Below are positions 44,842 through 55,015 of a stretch of DNA of 64,000 nt, piece after piece. Origin of the DNA: an uncultured Candidatus Saccharibacteria bacterium (GTDB lineage Bacteria > Patescibacteriota > Dojkabacteria > J137). Below the pieces are notes generated by a model. That model had not been told where the DNA came from and searched no databases. It saw nothing but the letters and a program-made list of their open reading frames with translations. Location: the NCBI GenBank assembly GCA_964607415.1, contig CAZSKK010000002.1:288585-352584 (forward strand). Reading direction: 5' to 3'. The stretch's first letter is position 1, and each line of letters begins with the position of its first letter. Position numbers and translations under genes: made by a program.

Positions 44842-46083
44842 TTATACAAGATCATTTAATTGTTTTTGAGGAAGATGAATTTTTTTGGGAGTTATAATTA
44901 ATAAAAATATAGATATTATAAGGCAAATTGCACCTATAGCTCCAAATGTATGTTCATATCCGATTCTATCAGAAAGAAATCCGGTTACTAAAGGACCAAT
45001 AATGTATGAAAACGAAATGGTCATCCGTGCAATGCTAAGTAAAAGCATTTCGGCTTCTTTGGATCTCTTGGAAAGGTCGCTGTAAACTGCTTCGTTAAGT
45101 GGAAATGCAAACCCCACAAAAAATGCCGAAATCGTAATAATTATATAAATCATAGGTTCTGACGGGTTAAGAAAGAAGGAGGTTAATAAAAGTGACGCAA
45201 TTAAGACACTTATTTGTGAAATAAATTTTTTTCTTGTTTTAATTTTTAACCTAATGGTTAAAGATTCACCTAGAAGCATCGCGCAGCTATTTAGAACTAT
45301 TATTAACCAAGCAGTATTTTCTGATAAGCTTACCCCAAATAAGGCACCTATAGTCCAATAAGTTGATGTAATCAAGCTTACACAAAATCCTAAAAAAACT
45401 ATTGGGTAAATTTTTTCTCCAAGTATTTCTATTATTTTCACTTCTTTTACAATCTTAAAAAAGTATTTCACTTCAGAAGTTTCTTTTATGATACTTTTGT
45501 TTTTGGGGCTTTTTAGAATTAGACTTGCCAAACTAAGAGCCAGTATTTGAATACCAATAACGACAACAGCCAATTTATTTTCGGATTCCTTAAGTAAATA
45601 AGCTCCTAGTATTGGAGCAATTATCATTGTTAAATCCCAACCAGATGACAAAATTCCCCATGCTTTAGAAAATTCATTTTTGGGTTCTTCGGTTACAACA
45701 AAATCTTGTTGCGAAAAACCAATAAATTCAAAGTATATTCCCCAAACGATACTTGCGAATGTAAACAGTATTAAAGGATAGTGGTTGCTTGCCAAATGAG
45801 TTAATAAAGGAAAAAGTGTTGCCAAAGCAATTCCAGTAACTAACATCGGCTTCCAAGATCTGCTTTTAAATATTTGAGGAATTATTAGATCCATTACAAT
45901 CCCAGCTACAGAAGAAAATGCCATTATAATCCCCATTTGAGTATTAGAATTAAGCTTCTGCTCTGCAAGTACTGGAAAAACATAAGCCATTATCCCGTCT
46001 GCCAATAAAATTAAAAAAACAGGAATAACGAACCTACTAAGTTTACTTTTAGAAATATAATTGTTTTTGTATCTAGCTCTCAT
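44842..46083 (-). CDS. MFS transporter
   Basis: About 12 TMs, GP-x-x-x-GFLSDRIG; start set at MRARYK (ATG 46083). Confidence 0.8.
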   Translation of the reverse strand: MRARYKNNYISKSKLSRFVIPVFLILLADGIMAYVFPVLAEQKLNSNTQMGIIMAFSSVAGIVMDLIIPQIFKSRSWKPMLVTGIALATLFPLLTHLASNHYPLILFTFASIVWGIYFEFIGFSQQDFVVTEEPKNEFSKAWGILSSGWDLTMIIAPILGAYLLKESENKLAVVVIGIQILALSLASLILKSPKNKSIIKETSEVKYFFKIVKEVKIIEILGEKIYPIVFLGFCVSLITSTYWTIGALFGVSLSENTAWLIIVLNSCAMLLGESLTIRLKIKTRKKFISQISVLIASLLLTSFFLNPSEPMIYIIITISAFFVGFAFPLNEAVYSDLSKRSKEAEMLLLSIARMTISFSYIIGPLVTGFLSDRIGYEHTFGAIGAICLIISIFLLIITPKKIHLPQKQLNDLV

Positions 46084-46277
46084 AATCAATACTAAGTTAT
46101 CATATTTGTAATTGTATTGGAACTGGGAGCTAATAGTATTAGAATGAGTGTAACGTTCTTTTACAGAATAATAAATACAAATTTTTAATTTACAAGTATC
46201 AATTTTCAAATCAGGCTTTTGAAAATTCTTTAAATTGTAAATTGATAATTTTAAATTTACTTTTTACATTCTTAACT

Positions 46278-47066
46278 ATGTTAAAGTACAAGCGCTATAT
46301 TTTTCAGGGTGGAGTCATTTTTTTAATTTGTCTTACTCTGATTGTATCCACTTTTTTGATCTCGCAAACTGATTTTTACATTAAAGATATTTCAGGAACT
46401 GATTTAGCTGGGAATAAAATTACAAATACTATAAATGTTAGTGGTGATGGTAGAATTTATTCAAGTCCAAATATGGTAACAATCAGTTTTACTGCAAGTG
46501 AACTTACAGACACATCAAAACAATCACTTGAAAAAGTTAATGAAAAAATTAACACAGCAAAAGAAATACTTAAAGATAAAGGAATAAAAGATGAAGATAT
46601 TCAAACCACTGATTTATCTATTTATCCAGAATATGATTATAGTGGTACTAGATCAGTTCTAAAGGGACAAAGAGCTTCTCAAACGATTAAGGTTGATGTA
46701 AAGGGTATCGAAAATTCCATTAGCAAAGCATCAGAGATCGTTGATGATATTGCAAAGATCGAAAATATTCAGATTAACTCAATAAGTTTTGATATCGAAG
46801 ATAAAACCGAGCTATTTGCAAAGGCAAGAGAATTAGCATTTGAAAAAGCAAAGAGTAAAGCAGAGCAGTTGTCCAAGCTATCTGATGTAAAGCTGTTAAA
46901 ACCTGTGTCAATTACAGACAATGCGGTTGATTATCAACCACCAGTATATTACTCTGCAAATGCTTTCCAAGAATCTATGGCTGCAGATGCATCAAGGGAT
47001 ACTGGCATTTCTGGAGGACAGTTGGAGATTTCTTTAACAATTAACGTACTTTTTGCGATTGATTAA
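46278..47066 (+). CDS. SIMPL (DUF541) domain protein
   Basis: I-x-VSG-x-G...P, DIQT-x-x-x-SIYPEY, AR-x-x-AF-x-x-AK-x-KA-x-x-L; start set at ATG 46278. Confidence 0.88.
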   Translation: MLKYKRYIFQGGVIFLICLTLIVSTFLISQTDFYIKDISGTDLAGNKITNTINVSGDGRIYSSPNMVTISFTASELTDTSKQSLEKVNEKINTAKEILKDKGIKDEDIQTTDLSIYPEYDYSGTRSVLKGQRASQTIKVDVKGIENSISKASEIVDDIAKIENIQINSISFDIEDKTELFAKARELAFEKAKSKAEQLSKLSDVKLLKPVSITDNAVDYQPPVYYSANAFQESMAADASRDTGISGGQLEISLTINVLFAID

Positions 47067-47081
47067 TTGAAGAATTAGAAT

Positions 47082-47116
47082 AAAAAAGGGTTTCGACTAT
47101 GTCGAAACCCTTTTTT
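47082..47116. terminator. Bidirectional intrinsic terminator
   Basis: AAAAAAGGGTTTCGAC-tat-GTCGAAACCCTTTTTT. Confidence 0.88.
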
Positions 47117-47197
47117 GATTTTATTACTTCCAATCTTAATAAAGTTTGTAAGCTAGTAATAGTTTGGCAATTTTATGAAAACAATAATAGTCATACT

Positions 47198-47626
47198 TTA
47201 AGCTACAGCTATGACAGCTCCCATCATTAAGTAGATAATCAAACTATAACCAGATTCCACTGCCCAAAGCTTTTTTCTTGCCATTCTAAATAAAGTATTT
47301 GAAAAAGATGCAATTACGACTAAAAGCCACAGCATAAATCCCGTTAATAAACCGGCAGGAACTTCTTTTAATTGATTAATAGTTCCAACATAAGGAACTA
47401 AAATAGCTATAATCACTGCTGTTATTAGATTTAGAAGAACAGTTATGAATAAGGGCATCATGCTAGCTTCTTTCATCTGTTTTTCTGTAAGGCCCACCAA
47501 TTTAATCCATAATTTCCCTGTAGGCACATTGGGCATATAGTAAACAAAACCCACCACCATAGAAAGAACTGTTGCGATTAAAACCACAAGAACATTTACT
47601 TCGGACTCTAGGATTGTTATATCCAT
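47198..47626 (-). CDS. DUF1761-like membrane protein
   Basis: N-x-x-x-VL-x-A...G-x-x-YY-x-P...G-x-x-W, four TMs, GY near C-terminus. Confidence 0.75.
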   Translation of the reverse strand: MDITILESEVNVLVVLIATVLSMVVGFVYYMPNVPTGKLWIKLVGLTEKQMKEASMMPLFITVLLNLITAVIIAILVPYVGTINQLKEVPAGLLTGFMLWLLVVIASFSNTLFRMARKKLWAVESGYSLIIYLMMGAVIAVA

Positions 47627-47733
47627 TAGAAAAAAGTTAAAAAGTAAAAGTGTTATTTATAGAATAAACGATGAAATAACATTGTACAAGAAGGCATGTT
47701 AAAATAAGCCTAATAATTATTTAGTTTGCGTAA

Positions 47734-48480
47734 ATGAATATCATAATTAATAGTTGGCCATCGACAGGCGGAACTACCGTCGGTCTTTTGTTAAGCTATT
47801 TTCTAGGCTATAAACACCTGGACTCGTCTGAAGCATTTAAACTTTTAGCTTCAGAGGTATACGGAGCTAACAATTTGCAAGCATACGGTAGATTTGAAAT
47901 AGATTTTGGAGCTTATTGGGATAAAATCTGGGAAAATTACATTCTATGGAAAATCAAAAATGATGATGAGGTTGTTATAAGTGGGAGAATCACAGGCTTT
48001 TTTGCTGAGGATATAGAAAATCTGATAGAGATAATGCTGATTGCAAACACACAGGCAAGAATAGGCAGATCGGGAAATAAACGCACATATGTTGCAGAAC
48101 AGGATAATTTTACCAGACAACGATGGTTTACCAGATACAATATAGATCTATTTAATCTTTCCCAAATAGAGCTAAACTATGATTTGATTATAGATAATAG
48201 CTACATGAAGCCTGGCGAGGAACTATTTGATATCTTCGAATTTTTAAAACAGAACGAATTTTTTAATGATTTGCAATATAGTGACGAAACAGATACTAGG
48301 GTTTTAGATATTGTTCAAAATTTTTCTAAATATGGAATTCGGTTTTTTCTTAACAAGCAAGCCCAAGAAGGAAAAATTGTTCATCCTGCACAAGTTTTAA
48401 AAGAATGGAATAAACACTTTAAAAAAGAAATTGATGTTTTGCCAGAGCCTTTCAGAATGGTAGTAAAGAAATATCAATAG
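47734..48480 (+). CDS. Cytidylate-kinase-like protein (degenerate P-loop)
   Basis: IIINSWPSTGGTTV, SGR, YDLIIDNS. Confidence 0.65.
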   Translation: MNIIINSWPSTGGTTVGLLLSYFLGYKHLDSSEAFKLLASEVYGANNLQAYGRFEIDFGAYWDKIWENYILWKIKNDDEVVISGRITGFFAEDIENLIEIMLIANTQARIGRSGNKRTYVAEQDNFTRQRWFTRYNIDLFNLSQIELNYDLIIDNSYMKPGEELFDIFEFLKQNEFFNDLQYSDETDTRVLDIVQNFSKYGIRFFLNKQAQEGKIVHPAQVLKEWNKHFKKEIDVLPEPFRMVVKKYQ

Positions 48481-48502
48481 AGTAGGAGCTTAAAGAGGTT
48501 AT

Positions 48503-48793
48503 TTATAAACTAAGAATTATTAAAAGTGCAAAGCCTATACAAATAAGTCCATAAATCCAGGCAAATTTAGCTCCAACTTCTACAAACTCTCTTCTTTTTA
48601 CAAATTTTTTTGTAAAAATTACAACAAGGCCTTCTAATACAAACCAGATAGATATAATTACACCTAGTAGTTTTTCTATTTGACGATCTTCAGAAAGTTT
48701 TATTATAAGCACAGAAACAGGAACGACGATTAAAAGCCCTAATAACACAATAAGGTGAGCTAGTTGTGATTTACTTAGATTTTTCATAAACAC
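48503..48793 (-). CDS. Small membrane hypothetical protein
   Basis: Three hydrophobic segments; overlaps end of upstream gene. Confidence 0.6.
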   Translation of the reverse strand: MFMKNLSKSQLAHLIVLLGLLIVVPVSVLIIKLSEDRQIEKLLGVIISIWFVLEGLVVIFTKKFVKRREFVEVGAKFAWIYGLICIGFALLIILSL

Positions 48794-49886
48794 TAATTTT
48801 TCTAGAGTTCTCAGAAAGGACTTTTAATTTTACAATATAAATCTTTGTTTTTTCAAACTTAAAATCCAAAGCACTCATTACTGAAGGCCATTCTATTGAA
48901 ACAATATTATCTTTTTTAAGATAGCTTTTTAGATTTAAAGTTTCTAAATCTTGTTTTGATTTAATCCTCCAGGCATCTATATGAATTAGTTTACCTTCAT
49001 GATATTTCACTGAATAATTATATTCATTTAAATAAATGTAGGTTGGAGATTTAATAATCCGATCTATTTCCAAAAATTTTCCAAAACCTTTTGTAACTTG
49101 TGTTTTGCCGGCTCCAAGTTCACCATCTAAAAGAATAATTATTGGATTAGATGATTTATTAAGATTGATAATTTCTGATAAAATTTCACTTCCAGCTTGA
49201 ATTGTTTGCTCAGCTGAACTTGTTGTAAATTCAGCGATTTTATTTAAACCTTCTCTATCATTAGAGTTTACATGAGCTTTATTGCCAAGCATTATGTTAC
49301 CATGGCGGTAGGCGGTTAACTCATCAGTGGTAGTATCTATTACAGTAGATGGTGGGTTATGTGGAAGCTGACTTGCATCAATAATCAATCCAATCATTTT
49401 TCTTTGTTTTTCTGAAATATTTTGCAAAATATCTTCAATGTTATAAGGTGTTTTTTTGCCTGCAGAATTTGCAGATGTTGATGTGACCGGTTTTTTGAAT
49501 TTATTCAAAAGCTTTAGTATAAAATCATAATCTGGAATTCTTATACCCAATGTTCCTTTTTCGGATTCAAGTCTTTTATCAACCAAATTTTTTGATTTTG
49601 AAATTATGGTTACTGGCCCTGGAAGAAAATTTGAATAAATGTTTTTTGCAGTATCGTTAATTTCTACGATAGTTTCCGCCATATCTTTATTTGCGACTGC
49701 AACACTAATTGCTTTACCTTCGGGTCTTTTTTTATATTTTAGAACTTTTGTAACAGCATTCGAGTTAGTTGCATCTACGCCAACGCCATAACAGGTCTCC
49801 GTTGGATAAATTACAATTTCACCATTATTTAAATACTCAATTGCTTTGTTAATAGCTTTTGGATTTTTAATATCAACTATTTCCAT
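48771..49886 (-). CDS. Fused TsaC/Sua5 (threonylcarbamoyl-AMP synthase) and TsaE ATPase
   Basis: PTETCYG, K-x-RP-x-x-K, PGPVT, STSAN, PSTVID; then GELGAGKT, SPTY, HIDAWR, IEWP. Confidence 0.92.
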   Translation of the reverse strand: MEIVDIKNPKAINKAIEYLNNGEIVIYPTETCYGVGVDATNSNAVTKVLKYKKRPEGKAISVAVANKDMAETIVEINDTAKNIYSNFLPGPVTIISKSKNLVDKRLESEKGTLGIRIPDYDFILKLLNKFKKPVTSTSANSAGKKTPYNIEDILQNISEKQRKMIGLIIDASQLPHNPPSTVIDTTTDELTAYRHGNIMLGNKAHVNSNDREGLNKIAEFTTSSAEQTIQAGSEILSEIINLNKSSNPIIILLDGELGAGKTQVTKGFGKFLEIDRIIKSPTYIYLNEYNYSVKYHEGKLIHIDAWRIKSKQDLETLNLKSYLKKDNIVSIEWPSVMSALDFKFEKTKIYIVKLKVLSENSRKISVYEKSK

Positions 49887-49891
49887 GAAGA

Positions 49892-50524
49892 TTAGTTAGA
49901 TTTTCTCGTTTTTACGAAGAATAAAGACATAGACCAGAATCCGCTTGAGATCATCAAAGTGCCCATTCCTACCATAACTAAATCAAAGTATTTTTCACTT
50001 ATATTTGCAATTAAACCTGCAGCTAAGCTAAAAATTACTATAGAAAGGCTCATTACTGTATCATAAGCGCCATATTCCAATCCTTCCTTGCCAGAATCAA
50101 GGTTTTTTGCAAACAATTTTCTCCAGTTTACAAGATTCATTGCAGAACCTAGTCCAATGAAAAATTGTAATACAAAGAATAAAAGTGGTGAGGAAATTAA
50201 AGGATAAAATAGAAATGGTGCACCCATAAATAAATTCCCTGCTGTTAAAAACAGAATATCATCCCTATCTTTTTTAATTCGATCGGTAATTATTCCAACA
50301 GGAATTTGGAACCCTCCTTTTGCAAGGTTATAAATTGCAACTCCAACTCCAACAATTTCAACTGCATTTTCGTCTAATTTAGTTGCTAGGTAAAGTCCAG
50401 CAAGACTTGTAATTACAAGGTATAACCCCCAAGTAAAAATATCAGAAAGGGTTAAAAAAGCTATTACTTTATTAATTTTAAAATCTTTTTCTTTTTGTAA
50501 GTAAGTTTTCTTTTCGGTTGACAT
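49892..50524 (-). CDS. Half-size (about 6 TM) MFS-like protein
   Basis: 210 aa, motif-A-like G-x-x-x-DR-x-K-x-x-R, GKEG-x-EYG. Confidence 0.7.
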   Translation of the reverse strand: MSTEKKTYLQKEKDFKINKVIAFLTLSDIFTWGLYLVITSLAGLYLATKLDENAVEIVGVGVAIYNLAKGGFQIPVGIITDRIKKDRDDILFLTAGNLFMGAPFLFYPLISSPLLFFVLQFFIGLGSAMNLVNWRKLFAKNLDSGKEGLEYGAYDTVMSLSIVIFSLAAGLIANISEKYFDLVMVGMGTLMISSGFWSMSLFFVKTRKSN

Positions 50525-50569
50525 TATAAGTTATTATAATTGATTTTTTGGTTTAGAGCGAAAGTGTAC

Positions 50570-51226
50570 TTAAACCATTTTCAAAAACTGTTGCATTTTT
50601 ATTTTAAAAGATGCTCCAACTGAACTAATTCGTGGATCATACTTTTTATTTACAGAGTGAATGGCCTTAAAATCTTTTCCCTTTGGGAATATTCCTAGCT
50701 CTAATTGTGCTCCGCTGCCAATATACAAGTTAACTGCGGCAATGTTATAGTTGATTATTTGTTCTTTCCCATTAACTAGTCCTGGAACTTTTTGGTAAAG
50801 ATTCAAGGCTACTTTATAGAAAGTACCATTATCTTCACCCACGCCATTACTAAATGCAATACTTACTCTATATGGAACTTCTCCTACAACAGATTTATAT
50901 ACAAACAAAACTCTTTTATTGTAAAAATCAATTATTAATTTGTCAAAATCCATGTCTCGAAATCCTTTCTCTGCATTTTCAGCTATAAATTCGAATGGCT
51001 CCTTTGAAGAAATGTTTGATGAAGGTAAGGCCTTGTTTACAAGCTCCGCTATTGTTTTAAAGCTTTCAGTCTGAGATGTAAGTAGTTCAACCAATGAATT
51101 AATCGTTTCTTTCCCTTTTTCAGACAATTGAACTTTCTGTGGGCGCTCCTTTGTCACTTTTTCATAGACTTTATCAAATATATCGTCAGGCATACAAATA
51201 ACACTATCTAATTCGGGCTCATCCAT
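50570..51226 (-). CDS. Hypothetical protein
   Basis: 218-aa ORF fitting between neighbours; no recognised motif. Confidence 0.6.
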   Translation of the reverse strand: MDEPELDSVICMPDDIFDKVYEKVTKERPQKVQLSEKGKETINSLVELLTSQTESFKTIAELVNKALPSSNISSKEPFEFIAENAEKGFRDMDFDKLIIDFYNKRVLFVYKSVVGEVPYRVSIAFSNGVGEDNGTFYKVALNLYQKVPGLVNGKEQIINYNIAAVNLYIGSGAQLELGIFPKGKDFKAIHSVNKKYDPRISSVGASFKIKMQQFLKMV

Positions 51227-51279
51227 ATAAAAAATTTGAAAATTACAGGATTATAGCAGCATAAATTTAGAAGTATCAA

Positions 51280-52305
51280 TCATTTTCTGTTTTGATATCT
51301 TTCAATGAGAAGAATTAATATGATATCTATGATTGTAAAAATTGCTGTACTAAATTGATCAAAATAAAAGCTGAAAATATCTACAACAGCAACATTCAAA
51401 ATAAGTGCAAGTTGAATGTAATCCAATCGTCTCTTATTTTGGGTGCTGATTGAATAAAGCAAAACTATAGCAATAGCAAAACTCAAGATATTTCTTGAAT
51501 AAAAAAGCACAAGTTCTGTTGCCAGCAATCCATGCAATTCTTTAATTTGTAAGAATTCATAATCCTTAATTTCAGGAAAAATTGTGATTAATAAAAGCAC
51601 TAATGTTTGGATAATTGAACTAAATGCCCTAAGAACCAAGAATATGGTTAAAGTTTTAAGAAAATGTGTATTTTTTATTATTGTGTCAGTAAATCTATTT
51701 GCTTGTAGTTCTATTTTTTCAAAAAAGTTAGGTGTTTCGTTAAATCCATTTTCTTGAACTATTTCCATTAACAATTTAGCAAGCTTAACTTCCTCTTTGC
51801 TTTTTGAGCTTTTAACAATTTTGTTTAGTTTTAAAGTTAAATTTTCATATTCAGATTTAGAAATTTTCTTTTGGGGATTAATTTCAAAAAGTTCCAGTAT
51901 ATCGTTTAGATTTGAAGTTGAGTTTGTTTTTGATTTTTTCTGAATATAAAAAAAGTAAAGAAGATTTAGTAAAAAAGTGATGTATATGATTGGTGCAGCT
52001 GGTTTATAAAAGTAATCATTGTTTGCTGTTATAAATTTGCCAACTTCGTCAATAAATAGTCCCCAGCCAATTCCCGCCAGTATTGATACAAAATTTAAAA
52101 CGTTTTTGCCTTTATACAAAACGGCAAGGTAAGTTGCAATCAGTAAAGCAACGCCGCCCCAAAGAACGTGTGCAATATGAAGGCCAAGGCCAGCAATTTG
52201 AGGATAGCTTGTAATTTCTAAAAATATTCTGGTTACAATAATTGTGCTTGCTGCAGAAATTACTATAACTAAAAAGTAGTGTTGTGCTTTAGAGCGTAGG
52301 GTCAT
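51280..52305 (-). CDS. Conserved hypothetical membrane protein
   Basis: TR-x-FL...YPQ...LHIAHVLWGG...GLFIDEVGKFIT-x-x-NDYF motif. Confidence 0.75.
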   Translation of the reverse strand: MTLRSKAQHYFLVIVISAASTIIVTRIFLEITSYPQIAGLGLHIAHVLWGGVALLIATYLAVLYKGKNVLNFVSILAGIGWGLFIDEVGKFITANNDYFYKPAAPIIYITFLLNLLYFFYIQKKSKTNSTSNLNDILELFEINPQKKISKSEYENLTLKLNKIVKSSKSKEEVKLAKLLMEIVQENGFNETPNFFEKIELQANRFTDTIIKNTHFLKTLTIFLVLRAFSSIIQTLVLLLITIFPEIKDYEFLQIKELHGLLATELVLFYSRNILSFAIAIVLLYSISTQNKRRLDYIQLALILNVAVVDIFSFYFDQFSTAIFTIIDIILILLIERYQNRK

Positions 52306-52306
52306 G

Positions 52307-52933
52307 CTAGCTACTTAAGTTATTAGTGGCATAGTTATGCCAATTTACTTCTGTCTGAACTAAATTTGTTAATTTCTCAAGTGTACCATATCCGATTGAA
52401 CCAATAAAAATAGTGACCTCACGAGCTTCATCATAGGAGTCCAGTTGAGCGGTCTGTACAAATAACACTCCGGGTAAGGCACCTTTGATAAAGAAGTTTG
52501 TACTATCTTTGGCTAACTCTATGGGTATAGCTTCGTCATTTAAGCAATAGATAAGATCTTCTTGTACGGATTTAATGTATAAGTGCTCAAGATCTATGTT
52601 GGGAGTAGTAAGAATATGTTGAGCAACAATATTTGAGTAGAAATAAACGAGACGAGAAACACTTGCTATTTTCTCTTGAGGTGATAAATTTTTTACACCA
52701 TCAGGCTTTTCTAATAGATCTTCTACAAACTTTGTTATTTCATTACTTGCTTCTTTAAAAAAATCACACAAAGTGTCGTAGTCAAATGTACTGTCCTTAA
52801 AAAATACTTCAAATCCTGAATCAGGATAGAATTGTATCACAAAACGTTTGTCCTCAGTGTAATTGAAAAAAATATTAAAGGAGTCAGCGGAAGCTATTTG
52901 TCCTAGGGTACTTTGAATTATTTGATCGCCCAT
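52307..52933 (-). CDS. Hypothetical protein
   Basis: 208-aa ORF coupled to neighbours. Confidence 0.6.
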   Translation of the reverse strand: MGDQIIQSTLGQIASADSFNIFFNYTEDKRFVIQFYPDSGFEVFFKDSTFDYDTLCDFFKEASNEITKFVEDLLEKPDGVKNLSPQEKIASVSRLVYFYSNIVAQHILTTPNIDLEHLYIKSVQEDLIYCLNDEAIPIELAKDSTNFFIKGALPGVLFVQTAQLDSYDEAREVTIFIGSIGYGTLEKLTNLVQTEVNWHNYATNNLSS

Positions 52934-54231
52934 GTATGTAAATATAATCTTAAACTTGTATTATCGATTGGAATGTCTCCAATCCAATAAGCTAACATTG
53001 ATTTTACGCAAATCATAACAAGAATGAAGCTTAAAAAACAGAAGATTATTTTAAATTTCCGATTTTTTATAAAACTTAAAACTGATGCGTAAAAAATTGC
53101 AAAAAAGGGAAGTGCTTCAATAAATGCTCTGTGGCCAAAACTGCCTCCATATGGCCAATGCCACCAGCTTGAAATAGTGTATATATGAATTATTAAAATA
53201 AAAATTATCGGAAGCCAGAAATTTTTAATATATTTTCTTGAAAGATAAATTCCAGGAATTGATAGCAAAAGTACTGGTGCCCAGAAGAAAAAACCTTTCC
53301 TAACGCTAAGTAGAACATTAAAAATTTCTGGCTTAAGTAAATTTGTAAAGCCTTCGCCTGGTTCGTAAGGGAACGTTATGAATTTGCCAGTTACATATTT
53401 CCAATAAAGCATTTGTGGGACCAGTAGTAAGAAACCAGAGACAAGAATTACGAGTATGTGTTTGTAATTTTTTTTGTAAAGCTTAAGCCTTTGTGTTGCA
53501 TCTTTTATATTTAGGATTTCGTAAAGAGGGAAGAGTAGTAGGAATATAGCATTTGTTGGTCGCACAAGAATTATCAATCCCGAAATTAAGCCCAGTAATA
53601 AAGTCTTTTTCAAATTTATCTTTGAATACCAACTTTCGACAATGTTTAAAAATGCCGAAATTAAAAAGAACGAATATACATGGCTAAAAATTGAATCATA
53701 AGTACCATAATGGAATAAATTAGTTCCAAAAGTGATTATGAAAAGCGTAAAGTAAGTAGTTTTTTCTGAAAATCTTTTAATTAAAAATCTTTTTAGTAAA
53801 TATAACCCGAAAAGAAAGTAAAACATGCCGGAAAAACCTGCTGAAAGTTGATAAAATGCTCCAAATCCACCTTCTTTATCAACTCCAGTTATAAAGGATG
53901 CAAAGTGTGCAATAAAGAAAAATGGAGCCATTAAAACTGCAACTCCAATTGGATATTTATCAATTCTTTTTCCTGAATCTTTGTAAACATAAATCCCAGC
54001 ATAACTATTAGGAATTTCTGGTTCATCCTTCAACTTTTCTTCAATTAATGAATTCATTGATAAATCTTTATGAACAAAAATTGCTGGAAGATACGAGTAG
54101 TAGCCAATTCCATCAGATCTAATTGGTGGAAAGTTTAAACGAGTCTGATAAATCCAAAAAACGGAAAGGAATGAAAGAATAAATAGTGTTAGGGAAAATA
54201 CTAGGTCTTTTTTATGAGATTTAAGATTCAT
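52918..54231 (-). CDS. Polytopic GT-C-type glycosyltransferase
   Basis: SDG-x-GYY-x-YL first loop, KYPIG, RPTN, GG-x-FG-x-R. Confidence 0.75.
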   Translation of the reverse strand: MNLKSHKKDLVFSLTLFILSFLSVFWIYQTRLNFPPIRSDGIGYYSYLPAIFVHKDLSMNSLIEEKLKDEPEIPNSYAGIYVYKDSGKRIDKYPIGVAVLMAPFFFIAHFASFITGVDKEGGFGAFYQLSAGFSGMFYFLFGLYLLKRFLIKRFSEKTTYFTLFIITFGTNLFHYGTYDSIFSHVYSFFLISAFLNIVESWYSKINLKKTLLLGLISGLIILVRPTNAIFLLLFPLYEILNIKDATQRLKLYKKNYKHILVILVSGFLLLVPQMLYWKYVTGKFITFPYEPGEGFTNLLKPEIFNVLLSVRKGFFFWAPVLLLSIPGIYLSRKYIKNFWLPIIFILIIHIYTISSWWHWPYGGSFGHRAFIEALPFFAIFYASVLSFIKNRKFKIIFCFLSFILVMICVKSMLAYWIGDIPIDNTSLRLYLHTWAIK

Positions 54232-54337
54232 GATTCAAGAATTTAGAATAGAAAAAAGTAATACAGTAGACATTCAATGGTAATTCATTGAAGAACAACT
54301 AAAGATCTAATGGTCTAATCGATTCCCCGCTATCAGG

Positions 54338-54904
54338 TTACAGTAGCATCTGTTTTTGAATATCCATCATTAATTTTTCCATTAGCTCAGGATAAATTTC
54401 TAAACCTTTTTCAGTTTTAATTCTATCTGAAAAAGTTTCTTCCCAAAGCTCATACATTTTAAGCCATTCAGACTCAAGGTATTTTTCTTTTAAATGATTA
54501 ATATCAAGTTTACTTAAGTTATCCGCATCAACAATTATTTCTTCATCTGGATTGCTAGATTCGTGACTATCACAAGCCTTAACTAATCGTATAATAGTTA
54601 ACACATCTTGCTCAGTCAGATGCTCATCTGCTCTTAAAACTTTTCTAATCAACCCTTCAGATTGATTATTTGCTTGAGGCTCAAACTTTTTTAGTTCTTC
54701 TTTTGTAATTTTTTTATCTTTGGAGATTATTTTATACCAACCAATATCATGAATGTATGCAGCTCTGATTAAAAGAGCTAAGTCAGAAGTTTCGCTTGCT
54801 AATTCTTTAACCCACTTTACAACTCTTTGGCAGTGTTTCCAATCTCCTGGCCTGCAAAGATCAATGTAGGGTTTAACGAGTTTTATAAAAGAGTCTTCGT
54901 TCAT
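54338..54904 (-). CDS. HD-domain protein
   Basis: H-x-x-RV, AAYIHDIG, DADNL. Confidence 0.85.
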   Translation of the reverse strand: MNEDSFIKLVKPYIDLCRPGDWKHCQRVVKWVKELASETSDLALLIRAAYIHDIGWYKIISKDKKITKEELKKFEPQANNQSEGLIRKVLRADEHLTEQDVLTIIRLVKACDSHESSNPDEEIIVDADNLSKLDINHLKEKYLESEWLKMYELWEETFSDRIKTEKGLEIYPELMEKLMMDIQKQMLL

Positions 54905-54909
54905 TTGTT

Positions 54910-54990
54910 GTCATTCCGGATTTAGTCCGGAATATAACTTTAGATTAGGTAATGCTTTACAATTAGATGCTGAATCAAGTTCAGCATGAC
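54910..54990. repeat. Inverted pair of REP-like palindromes (GTCAT...ATGAC)
   Basis: GTCATTCCGGAtttagTCCGGAAT ... agATGCTGAAtcaagTTCAGCATGAC. Confidence 0.8.
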
Positions 54991-55015
54991 GCCAAGAGCG
55001 AGATGACAGATGAAC

